A stretch of 64,000 bases of DNA from Diadema antillarum (lineage: Eukaryota). The position numbers and the translations under genes were made by a program. Under the pieces are notes generated by a model. That model saw only the letters and a program-made list of their open reading frames with translations. It was not told the DNA's origin and searched no databases. The stretch spans positions 434,001 to 498,000 of the forward strand of contig NW_027271795.1 in NCBI RefSeq assembly GCF_040938485.1, written 5' to 3'. Below are positions 62,276 to 64,000 of this stretch, in pieces (the first letter of the stretch is position 1; each line of letters begins with the position of its first letter).

Positions 62276-63934
62276 TCACTTATCAAAATATTGAACAATT
62301 TCTTCACAGAATTTCGTCATCTTCATCAATGTCTCCTCAGTAGTGTCATTAAAAGGAGAATCCATTTTAAGTACGTTTGGGTGTTTCCAGAAATATTTCT
62401 TAAGCGCTTGTCTGAATTATGAAAAAGCAGACATTGAAATAAATATTGAAATTCATCACCAATCTGGCCGAGAGAGTAAAAAGATTTCGGGCACTAATAG
62501 CAAGCGTTCGCGCTCTTAGCTAGCCCTGCTCGCGCAACAGACGAGACAAAATACGGTGTATTATTGAACGTCCAGTAACAATAATAAAGAAAGAAAATGA
62601 ATGCAGAATATATAACAGTCAAACCTGCCTTAGCGGCCACCTGTCTATAGCAGCCACCTGTCTATAGCGGCCACTGAAAAATCCCCCGACAGAAAAGCCC
62701 TGTTAAAGACCCTGTGTATAGCGACCACCTTTCTAACGCGGCCAGCAGCCACAAATTTTGTTTCCCGCGGAAGATTTTAACCTGTCTATAGCGGCCACAG
62801 ACCCGATGGAGCCGTAGCCGAGCCGGTAATTCAGCGTGTTTTTCTGCTTTGTAGCCGTGTCAGTCATTCATGAGCATCGTTCAGTGATCGCCACCGCTGC
62901 ATTCATCACTCATTCAGTCATAGAGTTAAGCTTTCCTCACGACTCTACACAACTTCATAAACACCGGCATTGTTCAATGCATTAAACACACGTATGCATA
63001 CGTACACACATACATGTATACACGCGCGTACTTACAGATGTACACAACGATGATACATGTACATGTAGGCAATGCACACAAAATTGAATAACCTGCTGTC
63101 TATAGCGGCCACTTTTTTCGTCTCCCTTGGACGGCCGCTATAGACAGGTTTGACTGTATTACAATTTCAATGGAAGGAATGCATTGTGGATTGCATGTTG
63201 TAAAATTACATCTCGGAACATTGGCACATAACCAGTTTAAGAATCCCCCATACATACTTTACTTACCCTATATGATAGTCTTTCATAATACCGTATTTAC
63301 ACAGACAGTAATTGGTATTCTTGGGGATATACTCATGAATAATTGAGAAATAAATTGAATTCATCGTAAAAGAAGTTCTGAGAATTACATTTTATTCATA
63401 GCCATGGGGTCATCCATACTGATTTACCTTTTCTTGAAAACACAATTCTTGAGGCTACAGACTTATATTTTGCTCAGCTAAGATAATCTATGTTAATATG
63501 CAGGAATAGAGAGTTGCTTAAGATTATTTGATAATATAACTATTTAGTAGAAATATCAGAGTTAATAATCATGCAAATGTCTGACTAGATGATGTAACAA
63601 ATTTCACTTACCTTTACTCGACACGATTCTCACACACTATACATACAATGATATTGTTTATACTGGACTAAGTTTTTGGAATTGGTTAAGATATCAGTAA
63701 CTGAATTGCCCTAAACCGCCCGTGTGCTTTGCTTTTTTTTTTGAAATTTATAGTTTTATGCTTTATCATGTTTATTGTTTTCATATAGAATATGAAATTA
63801 CGTTATTTGAAAGAGGGCAAAGGCCAACAAAAGCATGTCAGAATTACTTCTGTGGCACACAAGTCTCTTGGTAAAGTCTTAGCAGACTTCAAATGAACAT
63901 AACTTATTACAGACAAAATTAAGCATTTTGTGAG
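62276..63934 (-). CDS. 3' exons of an unidentified gene entering from beyond the window end
   Basis: Exons 63934-63848 (LTKCLILSVISYVHLKSAKTLPRDLCATE), possibly 63454-63428, 63331-63267 (YIPKNTNYCLCKYGIMKDYHI/G) and 62411-62276 (QALKKYFWKHPNVLKMDSPF...QYFDK*). The last two join in phase with strong GTAAGT / TTCAG sites. Confidence 0.55.
62616..63156. mobile_element. pogo/Tc1-superfamily MITE with iterated subterminal repeats
   Basis: TIRs CAGTCAAACCTG(C/T)CT.. / ..TAGACAGGTTTGACTG|TA, with about five copies of CCTGTCTATAGCGGCCAC. The left flank is AA rather than TA. Confidence 0.8.
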
Positions 63935-64000
63935 CTGTTTTGCATAATTTAGAAAGTTGTCAAACTGGGGGTAATGCTGCTTTACCTTTTAGGGAACAAC

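Overview
This is AT-rich, intron-rich eukaryotic genomic DNA with one assembly gap (30476-30606). The host is probably a marine invertebrate deuterostome such as an echinoderm; this is inferred from the Deu-domain SINEs, the CR1/L2 and RTE LINEs and an ST8Sia-type sialyltransferase. No CRISPR array or prokaryotic features are present. I built these gene models by hand: (i) an 8-exon + strand gene (24947-49051, ~459 aa, basic and Pro-rich, no recognised family); (ii) a probable paralog (12406-18099) sharing an N-terminal R-x-N-N-P-H-P motif followed by a phase-0 intron; (iii) a - strand ST8Sia II/IV-like sialyltransferase (58765-60521, first exon not found); (iv) the 3' exons of an unidentified - strand gene (62276-63934). 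About eight RFX X-box-like sites between 6.1 and 33.4 kb suggest a ciliary/flagellar gene cluster. Mobile DNA includes a 5'-truncated CR1/L2-group LINE with a PHD finger at the start of ORF2, nested in a Tc1-like MITE. There is also a ~4.5 kb foldback element with ~1 kb inverted arms and further nested MITEs, an RTE 3' fragment, four tRNA-derived SINEs (three share a LINE-like 3' tail) and several hairpin MITEs. A 45-bp minisatellite made of tandem hairpins lies in an intron. All gene models are unverified by expression data or database searches.
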